Origin: Torpedo marmorata | Lineage: Eukaryota | Reading direction: 5' to 3' | Length of the DNA stretch: 64,000 nucleotides | Assembly: GCA_977017645.1 (NCBI GenBank) | Contig: OZ360222.1 | Span: forward strand, 81,530,001-81,594,000 | In this document: piece after piece, positions 63,741-64,000 of the stretch | Layout: the number at the start of each line of letters is the position of its first letter | Numbering within the stretch: position 1 is the first letter of the stretch | Notes under the pieces: model-generated | What the model saw: the letters and a program-made list of their open reading frames with translations, nothing else | What the model was told of the DNA's origin: nothing | The model's database searches: none | Made by a program: the position numbers and the translations under genes

Positions 63741-64000
63741 GCTTCTCCACGTTATCTCTGGCTGATCAGATGAGCCTCCTCCAGAGTGCCTGGATGGAAA
63801 TTCTGATCTTGGGGATTGTGTACAGGTCACTCTCTTTTGAGGATGAGCTAGTATATGCTGAAGACTACATCATGGATGAAGACCAGTCAAAGCTAGCTGG
63901 ACTTCTTGATCTGAATAATGCCATATTGCAGCTGGTAAAAAAGTACAAGAGCATGAAGCTGGAGAAGGAAGAATTTGTCACCCTCAAAGCTATAGCGCTT
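63741..64000 (+). CDS. ESRRG: ESRRG coding exon (LBD core), cut off by the window end
   Basis: Acceptor ttttctttccAG. Translates (G)[86 protein letters not shown]; in frame with the exon ending at 35013. Not in the ORF track because no stop falls inside the window. Confidence 0.97.

Overview
This is vertebrate genomic DNA, most likely a cartilaginous fish (inferred from the V-SINE/HE1-like, CR1, Rex1 and Penelope repeat content). The whole window lies inside one + strand nuclear-receptor gene, ESRRG (estrogen-related receptor gamma). Three coding exons are present: 32470-32580, 34852-35013 and 63741->64000, covering the DBD C-terminal extension, hinge and LBD. The rest is intron, densely filled with often nested transposable elements: Rex1/Babar and CR1 LINEs, eight V-SINE copies, Penelope elements with hammerhead-like motifs, a solo LTR, and Chapaev3, Harbinger, hAT-Charlie and Tigger-type DNA elements. 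The most unusual items are (1) a ~200-bp miniature LTR retrotransposon (TRIM-like; tRNA-Trp PBS and PPT), (2) a GC-rich ~0.8-kb non-coding element with a Rex1-type tail, (3) a composite hAT element built from two inverted MITEs, (4) a Harbinger element carrying a segment resembling mammalian MER2, and (5) a 72-nt miRNA-like hairpin. Almost all ORFs in the supplied track are TE fragments or spurious. There are two assembly gaps. All family assignments come from motif recognition, not database searches, and TE boundaries without TSDs are approximate.
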